DNA from: Candidatus Aminicenantales bacterium
Lineage (GTDB): Bacteria; Acidobacteriota; Aminicenantia; Aminicenantales; Saccharicenantaceae
Length of the DNA: 20,000 bases
NCBI GenBank assembly: GCA_049512315.1
Contig: JBEKXF010000017.1
Coordinates: 49,018 to 69,017, forward strand
Direction of reading: 5' to 3'
Both the position numbers and the translations under genes were made by a program. Positions 6,353 through 16,012 of the stretch are shown piece by piece; position 1 is the stretch's first letter, and each line of letters begins with the position of its first letter. The notes under the pieces were generated by a model. The model saw nothing but the letters and a program-made list of their open reading frames with translations, was not told the DNA's origin and ran no database searches.

Positions 6353-9175
6353 TCACCTCTCCGCCGGCGGCAGGGCGTTCCAATTGAGGAGGGCGTTCCA
6401 GAGGAACCGGAAGTCCGAGCGGTTGAGGTCCCTGTGGATCGGCTCGAAGTTGTAGGCGATGACCCGGCCCTTCCCCGCCGGAAGGTCGAGGATCGCGGGC
6501 CGGCCCTCCAGATCGTCTTCCCCCTTCAACGCGCCGGCGACGAGCATCTTGACTTCGTCCTTCTTGGCCTGCTCTTTCGCGTCTTTCGGCTTTCCGGCTT
6601 CAGGTCCAGGCTCTTCGCGATCCTCCGCCCGCAGCTTCGTGCCCCACTGAAGAACGACGCCGCGCCGGCCGGCGACGGCGATATCGTAAACGGGAAGCCC
6701 CGTACGGAAGGCGGACACGATCTCTGGATAACCGTAGGCCAGCGGATGGTCGGGCCGCACGAACTTCACCCTGAGCTCCGAGCCCGGAGTGAAGAAGGCG
6801 CCGGATTTCCGGTAGACATCCCGGACGAGCCCCCCGTCGAGGGCCAGGGTCGAGCCGTTTCCGAGAGTGATGAGCAGCCCTCCGTCGGCGAGATACTTCT
6901 CGAGGTTGGCCATGCCGGCCCAGCCGATCCCGCCCGTGATATCCTCCGAGGCATCGGGAACCCCGTGGCTGGGAAATTCCTTGGTCTTCGTGTAGGCCAT
7001 CGGCCCGTACTTCTTGTCGATCCCCTGGATCTGGTCCTTGAGATCAAGATAGTTGTGGCCGAAAATGACGACGTCGTAGCGCTCGCGGAGGCGGCCGGCC
7101 CGGATATCGTCGTCGCGGATATAAGAATACGGGATCTTCTCCCGGTCGAGCACGTAGCGGACCCAACCGGTTGCCTCGGTGTCCGCCCAGGTGTGCCAGA
7201 CGGCGAGGCGCGGCAGCTTCGACTCGTGGCGACCGACATCCGGGACGGCGGTCGCGCCCTCGAAGTCCACGGCCAGCTCGGCCGCGGCCCGCTTCAGGGC
7301 CTCCGCCAATCCCATCTGGTCGGAGATGATCCAGGAGCCGGCCGGATAATCCGCGCCTCCTGATTTGAACATTCTTTCGGCGACCTCGACCTTGAAGGCC
7401 GCGAGGCGGCTCCGGAGCGCGAGGAGCGCCTCCTGCCCCGTATCTTTCAGCAGGTAGACCGGCCCGGCGCCGTTCACCTTTCCCTGAATCTCAAAGCCGG
7501 CCTGAAGCGTCGTGACCGGCACGTCCTTGATCCTGGCGTCATCGATCCGCTTGGCTTCGATGCCGTAATGGACGGGCAGCGACCAGGACACGTCGTCATA
7601 GGGCTCATAGGGAGTGTCGGGCGGGAACTCCTGGGGCAGGAGCAGGTCCACGGCGTAGTTCCGGTAGGGCTGGTCGAGCTTCACGACATAGGTCCCGGCG
7701 GCGAATTCCCCCTCATCGACTTTGAAGGCCGCGGCCGCCCGCGAGATCTCGATCCCGTGCCACATCAGGAGCTTGACCAGCTCGGCCACGCGCCGGCGGT
7801 CGCCCTGGTCCTCACGGATGGCGAAGGCGAAGGGAGCGCCCTTCACCCCCTTCTGCCAGGAGTTATATCCCTTGCGGTAGAAGTTGCGGAGCATCTCCTT
7901 GGCATTCTTGGCGGTGTAGTCGAGGATGGCCAGGCAACCGGTTTCCATGTAGTTCGTGTTGTCCCTAAGGGACCAGACGAATTTTCGCGGCGGGGGCAAC
8001 GGCCGGTACCATTCCCGGCTCGTGACGGGGCGCCCGACGTAGCGCTCCTCGTTCGACCGGAGGACGCGCTCCATGGTCTCGGCAGAGGCATTCCCGTACG
8101 TCTCGTAGCCGCGGCCCATGCTGTTGTGGTTGACAGCGAAGGAGTCGAGGTAATGATGAGTCCAGCCCTCGCCGAACCCCCAGGTCCAGACACCCGGCAT
8201 GCCCATGGAGGTCATGGTCCCAATCTCGGCGAAGGCCATCTCAAAGAACTCGTCGATGAGGATCGCGTCAAGGTTGTTATTGTACGGGCCTGTGCCGTTC
8301 CAGGTGTGGAGGAGCGGGATGGACTCGTGGAGGTCGTGGATGACGGTCGGGTGGAAGTCGAAGAACATCCGGGTCACGGCGCGCGTCAGCTCGAGGGCCT
8401 GCTGGTGTGTGTCGCGGTTGTTGTCGTGGAAAACGTAATGGCCCCAGTAGGGCGGAGAAACCGGCGGCAGGCGGTCGAAATCCGTCTTCCCCTTGAGGTA
8501 GCGGTAGAACCAATCCACCATCTTGTCGCGGCCGTCCGGTTCGGATTCCGGGTTAATGAGGACGATGACGTTGCTCCGGATCCTTTGGATCATCGGCTGG
8601 TCGGATACGGCCAGGCGATAGGCGAGCTCCATGACCATTTCCGGGCTGCCTGTCTCCGTCGAATGGAGGCCGGCGTTGAAATAGTATATGGGGCGGGCAG
8701 AGACGATGAGGGCCTCGGCCGCCTCGGGGGTTGTCTTTCGAGGGTCGGCCAAGGCTGCGGTCGCGGCTTTCAGCTTATCGAGGCTGCGGATTCCTTCCTC
8801 ATCGGCGACGACGGCGAGGAGGATGTCCCTCCCCTCTTCGCTCCGGCCGATGGTCTGAACGCGGACGCGCGGCGACGCCTCGGCCAGCTTGCGGAAGTAG
8901 CCGTAGATCTTGGCGGTGTTCGAGAGCTCCCCCGCGGCCCCGATGACATGGCCGAGATATTTGGTCGGCGAGGGCACAGTATCCGACGCCGGCACGTAGG
9001 CGACCCAGGGGTTGCCGAAGCGGGCCTCTGTCGTGAGCTTGGCGATCGCCTCGACCGACCCCGGTTCGGGAGTGTCCGGGGCGTATGGATTTTTTTCCTG
9101 AGCGGCCGCGGAGACGATGAACGCGGCGCAGAGAAAGGGCAAAAAGAGCCGTGGACGCCGGGAAGAATTTTTCAT
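6353..9175 (-). CDS. Secreted M14-family zinc carboxypeptidase-like protein with a C-terminal GATase1-like region
   Basis: 940 aa with a signal peptide. Motifs IGRSEEGRDI, GLHSTE (HxxE zinc ligands), DNNRD and HDLHE. C-terminal LRERYDVVIF...LEKYLADGGLLITLG. Confidence 0.88.
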   Translation of the reverse strand: MKNSSRRPRLFLPFLCAAFIVSAAAQEKNPYAPDTPEPGSVEAIAKLTTEARFGNPWVAYVPASDTVPSPTKYLGHVIGAAGELSNTAKIYGYFRKLAEASPRVRVQTIGRSEEGRDILLAVVADEEGIRSLDKLKAATAALADPRKTTPEAAEALIVSARPIYYFNAGLHSTETGSPEMVMELAYRLAVSDQPMIQRIRSNVIVLINPESEPDGRDKMVDWFYRYLKGKTDFDRLPPVSPPYWGHYVFHDNNRDTHQQALELTRAVTRMFFDFHPTVIHDLHESIPLLHTWNGTGPYNNNLDAILIDEFFEMAFAEIGTMTSMGMPGVWTWGFGEGWTHHYLDSFAVNHNSMGRGYETYGNASAETMERVLRSNEERYVGRPVTSREWYRPLPPPRKFVWSLRDNTNYMETGCLAILDYTAKNAKEMLRNFYRKGYNSWQKGVKGAPFAFAIREDQGDRRRVAELVKLLMWHGIEISRAAAAFKVDEGEFAAGTYVVKLDQPYRNYAVDLLLPQEFPPDTPYEPYDDVSWSLPVHYGIEAKRIDDARIKDVPVTTLQAGFEIQGKVNGAGPVYLLKDTGQEALLALRSRLAAFKVEVAERMFKSGGADYPAGSWIISDQMGLAEALKRAAAELAVDFEGATAVPDVGRHESKLPRLAVWHTWADTEATGWVRYVLDREKIPYSYIRDDDIRAGRLRERYDVVIFGHNYLDLKDQIQGIDKKYGPMAYTKTKEFPSHGVPDASEDITGGIGWAGMANLEKYLADGGLLITLGNGSTLALDGGLVRDVYRKSGAFFTPGSELRVKFVRPDHPLAYGYPEIVSAFRTGLPVYDIAVAGRRGVVLQWGTKLRAEDREEPGPEAGKPKDAKEQAKKDEVKMLVAGALKGEDDLEGRPAILDLPAGKGRVIAYNFEPIHRDLNRSDFRFLWNALLNWNALPPAER

Positions 9176-9288
9176 TGTTTGACTTCCTGTTTTGATAAAG
9201 AGCTTCGGGGCGCTCCGAGGACCGGATTCTTATCCTGATCGTATCCCGACCCCGCCGGGCAAGCGCCTTTCCAGTCGCGCATGGAGGG

Positions 9289-9318
9289 AGCATATCGTCT
9301 CCGCTTGAAAAAAGTCAA
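9289..9318 (-). promoter_or_regulatory. Candidate sigma-70 promoter for the M14 peptidase
   Basis: Minus strand TTGACT-18 bp-TATGCT. Confidence 0.4.
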
Positions 9319-9359
9319 GCTGAGGGGCCTCGGGGACTCCTTCACGAAGTCCGGCTTCC

Positions 9360-9389
9360 TTGACTTGAACGAGCGGCCGAGGATAGCAT
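9360..9389 (+). promoter_or_regulatory. Candidate sigma-70 promoter for the glycoside hydrolase cluster
   Basis: TTGACT-18 bp-TAGCAT, 34 bp upstream of ATG 9424 and divergent from the peptidase promoter. Confidence 0.4.
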
Positions 9390-9423
9390 CATGGCGATAT
9401 CGAGGTGGAGTGAGGGCATGGAT

Positions 9424-12400
9424 ATGAAAAAGCGCTTCCTCGTGACGTTCACCCTGACGTTTTGCGCTGCGGCGGCCGCTTGCGGCTCCCGCCCGTCCGA
9501 CCCGCTGGCCCGGGGATTCGCAGCCCCTCCTGGCGAAGCCCGGCCGTGGGTCTACTGGATGTGGATGGACGGCAACCTGAGCCGCGAGGGCATCACCGCG
9601 GACCTCGAAGCGATGAAAAGCGCCGGCATCGGGGGCGCCATCATCTGCGAGGTGAACGTCGGCGTTCCGCGGGGTTCGGTCGAGTTCATGAGCCCGGAGT
9701 GGCGGCGGTTCTTCAAGCATGTCGTCATCGAAGCGGAGCGGCTGGGCCTCGAGATCACGCTCAACGCCGGGGCCCGGCTGGACGGGAAGCGGCGGACCGT
9801 GGGTTAAGCCGGAGCAGTCGATGCAGCACATCGTCGCGAGCGCCACGGAGGTCAGGGGGCCGGGACGTTTCGACATCGTCCTGCCGCTCCCTAAGCGCCG
9901 GCCGACTTTTTTCGGAGACGGCGCCCTCCCGCCGGACCAGGAAAAGGCGAAAAACGATTTTTACCGTGATGTGGCCGTCCTGGCCTTCCCGACGCCTCGG
10001 GGCGGCGGCACGATCACGGACATCGATGAGAAAGCCCTCTATGTCCGGGCGCCCTATTCGTCCCAGCGCGGCGTGAAACCGTTCCTGCCCTCCCCGGCGG
10101 ACTATCCTTCCGTGCCGCGGACCGCGGCCATCGATCCCTGGCGCATCGTCGACCTCTCCGCGCATCTCGGGACGGGCGGTCGCCTCGCGTGGGTCGTCCC
10201 GGAAGGACGCTGGACGATCCTCCGCTTCGGCCGGACCAGCACGGGCGCGAACACCCGGCCCGCGCCTGTCCCGGGGCTCGGCCTCGAGTGCGACAAGCTC
10301 GATCGGGCGGCGCTCGACGCGCATTACGACGCTTTCGTCGGGACTCTTCTGCGGGAGATCGGACAGCACAAAACGGCTGGCGGCGCCGGTTGGACCTTCC
10401 TCCACATCGACAGCTGGGAAATGAGCTCCCAAAACTGGACCGGAGCTTTTCGCGAGGAGTTCCGACGCCGCCGCGGCTATGACCCGCTCCCCTATCTCCC
10501 CGCATTGACGGGCCGGGTCGTCGATAGCCTCGAGATCTCGGAGCGCTTCCTCTGGGACCTTCGCTTCACGGCCCAGGAGCTCGTCGTCGAGAATCACGCC
10601 GCCCATCTCAAGGAGCTCGGGCGGCGCGACGGCTTCGGGCTGTCCATGGAGCCCTACGACATGACCCCGTGCGCGGATATGACCCTCGGCGCCGTCGCCG
10701 ACGTGCCGCAGGGCGAGTTCTGGCTCTACGGGTTCAACACGGCCCACAGCGTCGTCGAAGCCGCAAGCATCGCGCACACCTGCGGCCGGCGGGTCGTGGG
10801 TGCCGAGGCCTTCACGTCGAGCGACGCCGAGCGCTGGCAGGCCCACCCGGCCTCGATGAAGGCGCTCGGCGACTGGGCCTTCGCGGCCGGCGTCAACCGC
10901 ATCGTCTTCCATCGCTTTCAGCACCAGGCCGGGCTCGACCTCCGGCCGGGTATGACCATGGGTCCGTACGGCGTGCATTGGGAACGGACCCAGACATGGT
11001 GGGACATGGCCCCCGCTTACCATACCTACCTGGCCCGCTGTCAATACATGCTGCGGCAGGGGCTGCCCGTGGCGGATGTCTGCTATCTCGGCGCCGAGGG
11101 CGCCCCGCAGGTCTTCCGGGCACCGGCTTCGGCGCTCCGCGGCAGCCCGCCGGACCGGCCCGGTTGGAACTTCGACGCCTGCGCCCCAGAGACGCTCGTC
11201 GCGGCCATGTCCGTCCGGGACGGCCACCTCGTCCTTCCGGACGGCATGAGCTATCGCCTGCTCGTCCTTCCGGAACGCGAGACGATGACCCCGGGCCTCC
11301 TCCGGAAGGTCAGGGACTTGGCCGCGGCCGGGGCCACGATCGTCGGGCCGCCGCCGCGGAAATCGCCCGGTCTCGTTGGGTTTCCCGTCTGCGACGCCGA
11401 GGTGAAGGCGCTGGCCGGCGAGCTCTGGGGGAATTGTGATGGTGTTCGCATGACCGAACATGTCATAGGCAAAGGCCGGGTCATCTGGGACCGCCGATCT
11501 CCGGCAGGGGCGAAAAACGGCTCCGAGCCGGATCCGGGCACGGGGCGGGCCGGCATCTGGAATGTCGGCGCCCCGCCGCTTTCGGAACCCGAACAGTACG
11601 GCGACTACGCCATCGTCGCCCGCATCCTCTCCGAGGCAAATGTGCCGCGGGATTTCGAGTCGGACGCGGCCCTGCGCTACACCCATCGGCGGGACGGCGA
11701 CGAGGACATCTACTTCGTCGCGAACGCCGAGGACCGAGCCCTGGCCGCGGAATGCATCTTCCGCGTGGACGGCAAGCGGCCCGAGCTCTGGGACGCGGTG
11801 ACCGGCGAGATCCGGGACCTCCCGGAGTTCACGGAATCGGGTGGCCGGACCGTCTTGCCGGTAAGTTTCGAGCCGCATCAATCCTTTTTCATCGTCTTCC
11901 GGAAGCCTGCGGGCGGAGCGAAGCCCTCGGGAGGGGCGAAGGCCTTGGCGCTGGCGGGGCGGCCGGTCAGGAATTTCGGCCGCGTCGAGGAAACCGGGAA
12001 GCTCGAGGGACCGTGGGAAGTCACGTTCGACCCGAAATGGGGCGGGCCGGAAAGGATCACGTTCGAGGGTCTCGAGGACTGGAGCCTCCGCCCCGAAGAG
12101 GGGATCAAGTACTACTCTGGCCTGGCGACCTATCGGAAGGCCTTCGACCTGCCCGGGGCGCCGGGCCGGGGCGCCTCCCCGCGCCTCTGGCTCGACCTCG
12201 GCACCGTGAAAAATATCGCCCGGGTGCGGCTCAACGGCAAGGAGCTCGGGGTCGTCTGGTGCGCTCCTTGGCGCGTGGAAATCACCGGGACGGTGAAGCA
12301 AAAGGGAAACCGGCTGGAGATCACCGTCGCCAACCTCTGGCCCAACCGCCTTATCGGGGACGAAAAGCTCCCGCCCGACTGCGACTACGGGCCGGGCGGG

Positions 12401-12556
12401 AATCTCCTCCGCTGGCCGGAGTGGCTCAAGAAGGGGCAGCCGCGGCCTTCAGCCGGTCGCTTCACCTTTACGACTTGGAGACACTTCAGCAAGGACTCGC
12501 CCCTTCTCCCCTCCGGACTCCTGGGCCCTGTGACCATCCGGGCAGATAAGCTATAA
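9424..12556 (+). pseudogene. GH106-type glycoside hydrolase (alpha-L-rhamnosidase-like) lipoprotein, split by a 1-nt frameshift near 9770
   Basis: The N-terminal part (MKKRFL...AAA|CG lipobox; RPWVYWMWMDGNLSREGITADLEAMKSAGIGG; AERLGLEITLNAG) continues in another frame as PGWTGSGGPWVKPEQSMQ, with HIDSWE, GAEAFT, GVNRIVFH, WLDLGTV and ANLWPNRLIGD. Removing one G from GGGG at 9769-9772 gives a single ORF. Confidence 0.85.
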
Positions 12557-12565
12557 TCGAAGCCG

Positions 12566-13447
12566 ATGGATGACTTTGGGCAATCCTTCGTGCACAATTT
12601 CTATTTGACGGAGGAGTATGCCCGTTTTTGCTCGAAGATCGCGAATATCCCCCTAAAGAAAAGAACCGTTGACGGCCAGGTCATTTATACCCTTAAAAAC
12701 AAGAACGTCGCGATCAGCAATTACCCCGGCGATCTTTGCCGGGAATTCAAGAGGCAGAAAATCACCCATCTCCGCGTCACGCCCGAGTTCAACGATCTGG
12801 CTCCCCGCCCTTCCCTCATGGAATACTCCATTTTCCATAAGACCACCTACGAAGAAGCTTTCAAAAAATACCGGACGTCCTTCTTCCACGGCTTGAGGGA
12901 AGGCAAGAAATTCCCCCATCAGATCCGGATTGTTCGCCGGCCCGACGGCCAGCTCGTCGGCGATATCTATCGCATTTACACGGATCAGATGAAACGTCAC
13001 AATTCCTACCATTTCCCCTTGTCTTTCTTTGAGACTTTCCTGGCCAGCCCTTCGGCCCTGTTGTTCCTGATCGAATATCAGCAGCAGGTCGTCGCCTACT
13101 TCTGCTGCTTCCAACACCACGACAATATCTACGCTTCCATTGGGGGCGGCAACCCCCGTTACTTTTCCCACAAGAGCTCCAACAAGCTCTATGACGAGCT
13201 CATCCGCTACGCCTGCCAGAACGCCCTCACCATCCATTTGGGCATCGGAGAACATGCCGCCGGCTACCAGAAGTTCAAGCGGAACGCCGGGTTGAGCTGT
13301 TATCGGGTCGAAAGGTTTCCCGATGATGATAACGTGCTCAGGCTGTCGATCCCATTCTTGAAGTTCCGGCTGACGGGAAAGGTCCTCGACGCAGCCTCGT
13401 CCCTTTTCCCTCACCTCGTTACCTACATCTCGATGCCGTTCACGTAA
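12566..13447 (+). CDS. GNAT-fold protein, FemAB/FemX-like (Acetyltransf_6 type)
   Basis: 293 aa. The pattern IYRIYTDQMKRHNSYHFPLSFFETFL...LFLIEYQQQVVA...SNKLYDELIRYACQN...GYQKFKRNAG resembles the C-terminal GNAT domain of Fem-type transferases. It starts 9 bp after the GH stop. Confidence 0.7.
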   Translation: MDDFGQSFVHNFYLTEEYARFCSKIANIPLKKRTVDGQVIYTLKNKNVAISNYPGDLCREFKRQKITHLRVTPEFNDLAPRPSLMEYSIFHKTTYEEAFKKYRTSFFHGLREGKKFPHQIRIVRRPDGQLVGDIYRIYTDQMKRHNSYHFPLSFFETFLASPSALLFLIEYQQQVVAYFCCFQHHDNIYASIGGGNPRYFSHKSSNKLYDELIRYACQNALTIHLGIGEHAAGYQKFKRNAGLSCYRVERFPDDDNVLRLSIPFLKFRLTGKVLDAASSLFPHLVTYISMPFT

Positions 13448-13451
13448 ACCG

Positions 13452-14468
13452 ATGAAACGCGTTTTTTCGTCCCCGGTCCTCAGAATAGCTTTCGGTTTCG
13501 TCCTGGCCGCCGTCTGCCTGTACTGGGTCTTCCACGGTACGGACTGGAAGACGCTGGCCGGGAATCTGAAGGCTATCGACCCGGCCTGGGCCTCACTCGG
13601 GATCTTGCTCGTGGCGCTGAGCTTCGTCTGCCACGGCCTCCGGTGGCACCTCCTTCTCAAGCCTCTGGGAGCCATCCGGGTCCTCCGCGCTGCCCAGGCT
13701 GTCTATTGCGGAATTTTCTTAGACGAGCTCGTGCCGATGGGGTTCGGAGAAATCACCCGGGCCTACATCGTATCGGTTTGGATGGGAAAGCCATTCGTGT
13801 CCATCATCCCCTCCATGGCCATGGAGCGCCTGCTCGAAGCGGCCTGGCTCGCGATCGGCATCGGCGCGACCGCCCTGGCCGTGCCGCTGCCAAGGGACCT
13901 CAATCGGGCGGTGGGCATCTTCGGCCTGATCGTCTTGGTGCTCGCCGGGCTCGTCCTGTTCATCACGACCAGGAAAAAGAAGGGCGGGGAAAATGACAGC
14001 CCACGAAGGATGCTCCAGGGAAGGCTCGCCCGCCAGCTCAGGTCACTCCTCGGGCGCTTGGGAGACGGGTTCCGGTCCATCGGATTCTCGCGTGATCTTG
14101 GCGCGGCATTCATGATCTCGTTCTTCGTCTTCGCCCTGCGGGCCGCGGCCCTGTGGTGTTTCATGAGGGCCTACGGGCTCTACCTCCCGTTCTGGATGGG
14201 GGCCGCGACGTTCGTCATCATCCTTTTCGGCACGGCCCTTCCCCTGACTCCGGCCAGCATCGGGACGAACCAGTTCTTCTGTGTCGTCGGCTTGTCGCTT
14301 TTCGGCGTCGGGAAGACCGCCGCGGCGGGTTTCTCCATGGTCGGCTACATTCTCATGCTGTTCCCCACGCTGGCCATCGGCGCTTTCGCCCTGGCCAGGA
14401 GCGGGATCACGATTTCCGTTCTCAAGGAAAAGGTCCGCCGCCTGAAGGTGGACAAGGCGCGGAACTGA
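13452..14468 (+). CDS. Lysylphosphatidylglycerol synthase TM-region (UPF0104/flippase-like) membrane protein
   Basis: 338 aa with about 8 hydrophobic helices. Motifs LRWHLLL, LVPMGFGEITRAY, AMERLLE and LPLTPASIGT are typical of the family. Confidence 0.85.
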   Translation: MKRVFSSPVLRIAFGFVLAAVCLYWVFHGTDWKTLAGNLKAIDPAWASLGILLVALSFVCHGLRWHLLLKPLGAIRVLRAAQAVYCGIFLDELVPMGFGEITRAYIVSVWMGKPFVSIIPSMAMERLLEAAWLAIGIGATALAVPLPRDLNRAVGIFGLIVLVLAGLVLFITTRKKKGGENDSPRRMLQGRLARQLRSLLGRLGDGFRSIGFSRDLGAAFMISFFVFALRAAALWCFMRAYGLYLPFWMGAATFVIILFGTALPLTPASIGTNQFFCVVGLSLFGVGKTAAAGFSMVGYILMLFPTLAIGAFALARSGITISVLKEKVRRLKVDKARN

Positions 14469-14492
14469 CCTTCTCTCGATGCCGCCGGGGCT

Positions 14493-15839
14493 TCAGACGG
14501 CCCAGGGTTTCCGGTGAGGATAATCGATCAGGCCGTTGGCCGCGTCGTCGCCGACGAACTTCTCGGCCGCGGGGTCCCAGATGAGCTTGCGTCCGACCTT
14601 CATGGCGATGTGAGCCATCGCGCAGATCGAGTTCGAGCGGTGGCCCACCTCGACGGGCGCCGCGGGGTCCTTCCGGCTGCGCATGCATTCGAGGAAGTCC
14701 TTCATGTGATTGCCGCTTTGGTAGAGCTTGACCTCGCCCTGTCCGGGCTTCCAGTGGAGGATCTCGGGGTCCGAAGCATTGATCTCTCCCCTCTGGACGA
14801 AGATCCAGCCATGGTCGCCCTCGAAGCGGACGCCGGGAGGGTCCCCAGTCTCCAGGGTCATGTGGACGCCGTTCGCATACGTCGCTTCGGCGTGGAATTT
14901 CGTATGGACGTTGAAAGCTCCCCGGTCGGGGAATTCGGCCGTGGCTTCGATCGAGACCGGGCCGGTTTCGTCCGTGCCATTTCCCCATTGGGCGATGTCC
15001 ACCATGTGGGAGCCCCAGTTGGCGACCATCCCCCGGCAGTAGGGCTCCATCTGCATCCATCCGGGCCGGCCGTAGCTCAGCTGGGGATGGACGCGGTCCT
15101 CAAAATAGGGTGCCGGGGGGGTCGGGCCGAGCCAGAACTCATAGTCGAGGTTCCGCGGGACGGGCGTCGGCTGGGCGTTGCCGGTGCCCTGGTCTTCCGG
15201 GAGCCAGACCCGGGTCGTCTGGAGCTTGCCGATCCGCCCGTTCCGGACGATCTCGCAGGCCATGAGGAAGTGGATGGAGGAACGCTGCTGGGAGCCGACC
15301 TGGAGGACCCTCGTATTCTTGCGCACCACGGTGACAAGAGAACGCCCCTCGGCGATGGTGGAGGTCATCGGCTTTTCGAGGTAGATATCCTTTCCGGCCC
15401 TGGCCGCGGCAACGCCGATGACCGCGTGCCAGAAATCCGGACTGACGATGAGGACGCCGTCGATGTCCTTCCGGGCCAGGAGCTCGCGAAAATCATGATA
15501 AGCGGCGATCCCCTTGGAGGCACCCGTGCCCAGTTCCTTCGCGTAGATCTTTTCGGCCAGCCACTGGGCGTTGTCCAGGCGGTGGGAATCGATGTCGCAG
15601 ACGGCGACGACGCGGGCCCCGGCCTCGAGGCCGCGGTAGATGAGCTCCTGCATGTCGGCTTGGCCCTGGCGGCCGACGCCGATGCAGCCGAGGAGCAGAT
15701 CATCGCTGGGCGGGGTCGGGCGGCCGAACACTGACGAGGGAACGATCGCGGGCGCCACGGCCATCGCGGCTGTCGAAACCGCGGCCGTTCTCAGGAAATC
15801 CCTGCGGCTGATTCCATTCCCCGTCTTGGCGTGGGTCAT
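14493..15839 (-). CDS. Tat-exported Gfo/Idh/MocA family oxidoreductase
   Basis: Twin-arginine signal SRRDFLR. Rossmann motif GCIGVGRQG. Family motifs SPDFWH, DIYLEKP, QVGSQQRS and NWGSHMVD. Confidence 0.93.
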   Translation of the reverse strand: MTHAKTGNGISRRDFLRTAAVSTAAMAVAPAIVPSSVFGRPTPPSDDLLLGCIGVGRQGQADMQELIYRGLEAGARVVAVCDIDSHRLDNAQWLAEKIYAKELGTGASKGIAAYHDFRELLARKDIDGVLIVSPDFWHAVIGVAAARAGKDIYLEKPMTSTIAEGRSLVTVVRKNTRVLQVGSQQRSSIHFLMACEIVRNGRIGKLQTTRVWLPEDQGTGNAQPTPVPRNLDYEFWLGPTPPAPYFEDRVHPQLSYGRPGWMQMEPYCRGMVANWGSHMVDIAQWGNGTDETGPVSIEATAEFPDRGAFNVHTKFHAEATYANGVHMTLETGDPPGVRFEGDHGWIFVQRGEINASDPEILHWKPGQGEVKLYQSGNHMKDFLECMRSRKDPAAPVEVGHRSNSICAMAHIAMKVGRKLIWDPAAEKFVGDDAANGLIDYPHRKPWAV

Positions 15840-15893
15840 TAACTTTCCCCTTCCCGCGATCGAGGGTCGGCGGGACGCTCAGGATCCGGACAA

Positions 15894-15923
15894 AAACTAC
15901 CACGCGGAAAACGCCGTTGTCAA
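15894..15923 (-). promoter_or_regulatory. Candidate sigma-70 promoter for the oxidoreductase
   Basis: Minus strand TTGACA-18 bp-TAGTTT, with an extended TG before the -10. Confidence 0.45.
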
Positions 15924-16012
15924 CGGAAGGTCCCCTCTTACGCCTCTACGTCTGTCATCGCATCGCCGGTCAAACGACTGAAGAATTTGATCAAAATGAG
16001 AAGAATTGCCGC

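Noticed and set aside
6434..9238. Long plus-strand ORFs (309 and 556 aa) opposite the M14 peptidase
   Set aside because: Antisense shadows caused by codon bias. The same applies to 1118-2230, 12653-13675, 14514-15734 and 16979-17860.
9172..9876. 234-aa minus-strand ORF overlapping the peptidase start
   Set aside because: It is antisense to the glycoside hydrolase N-terminus, spans the divergent promoter region, and has no recognisable motifs.
9761..12301. 846-aa antisense ORF opposite the glycoside hydrolase
   Set aside because: Shadow frame of a high-GC gene with no recognisable motifs; the plus strand has clear family motifs.
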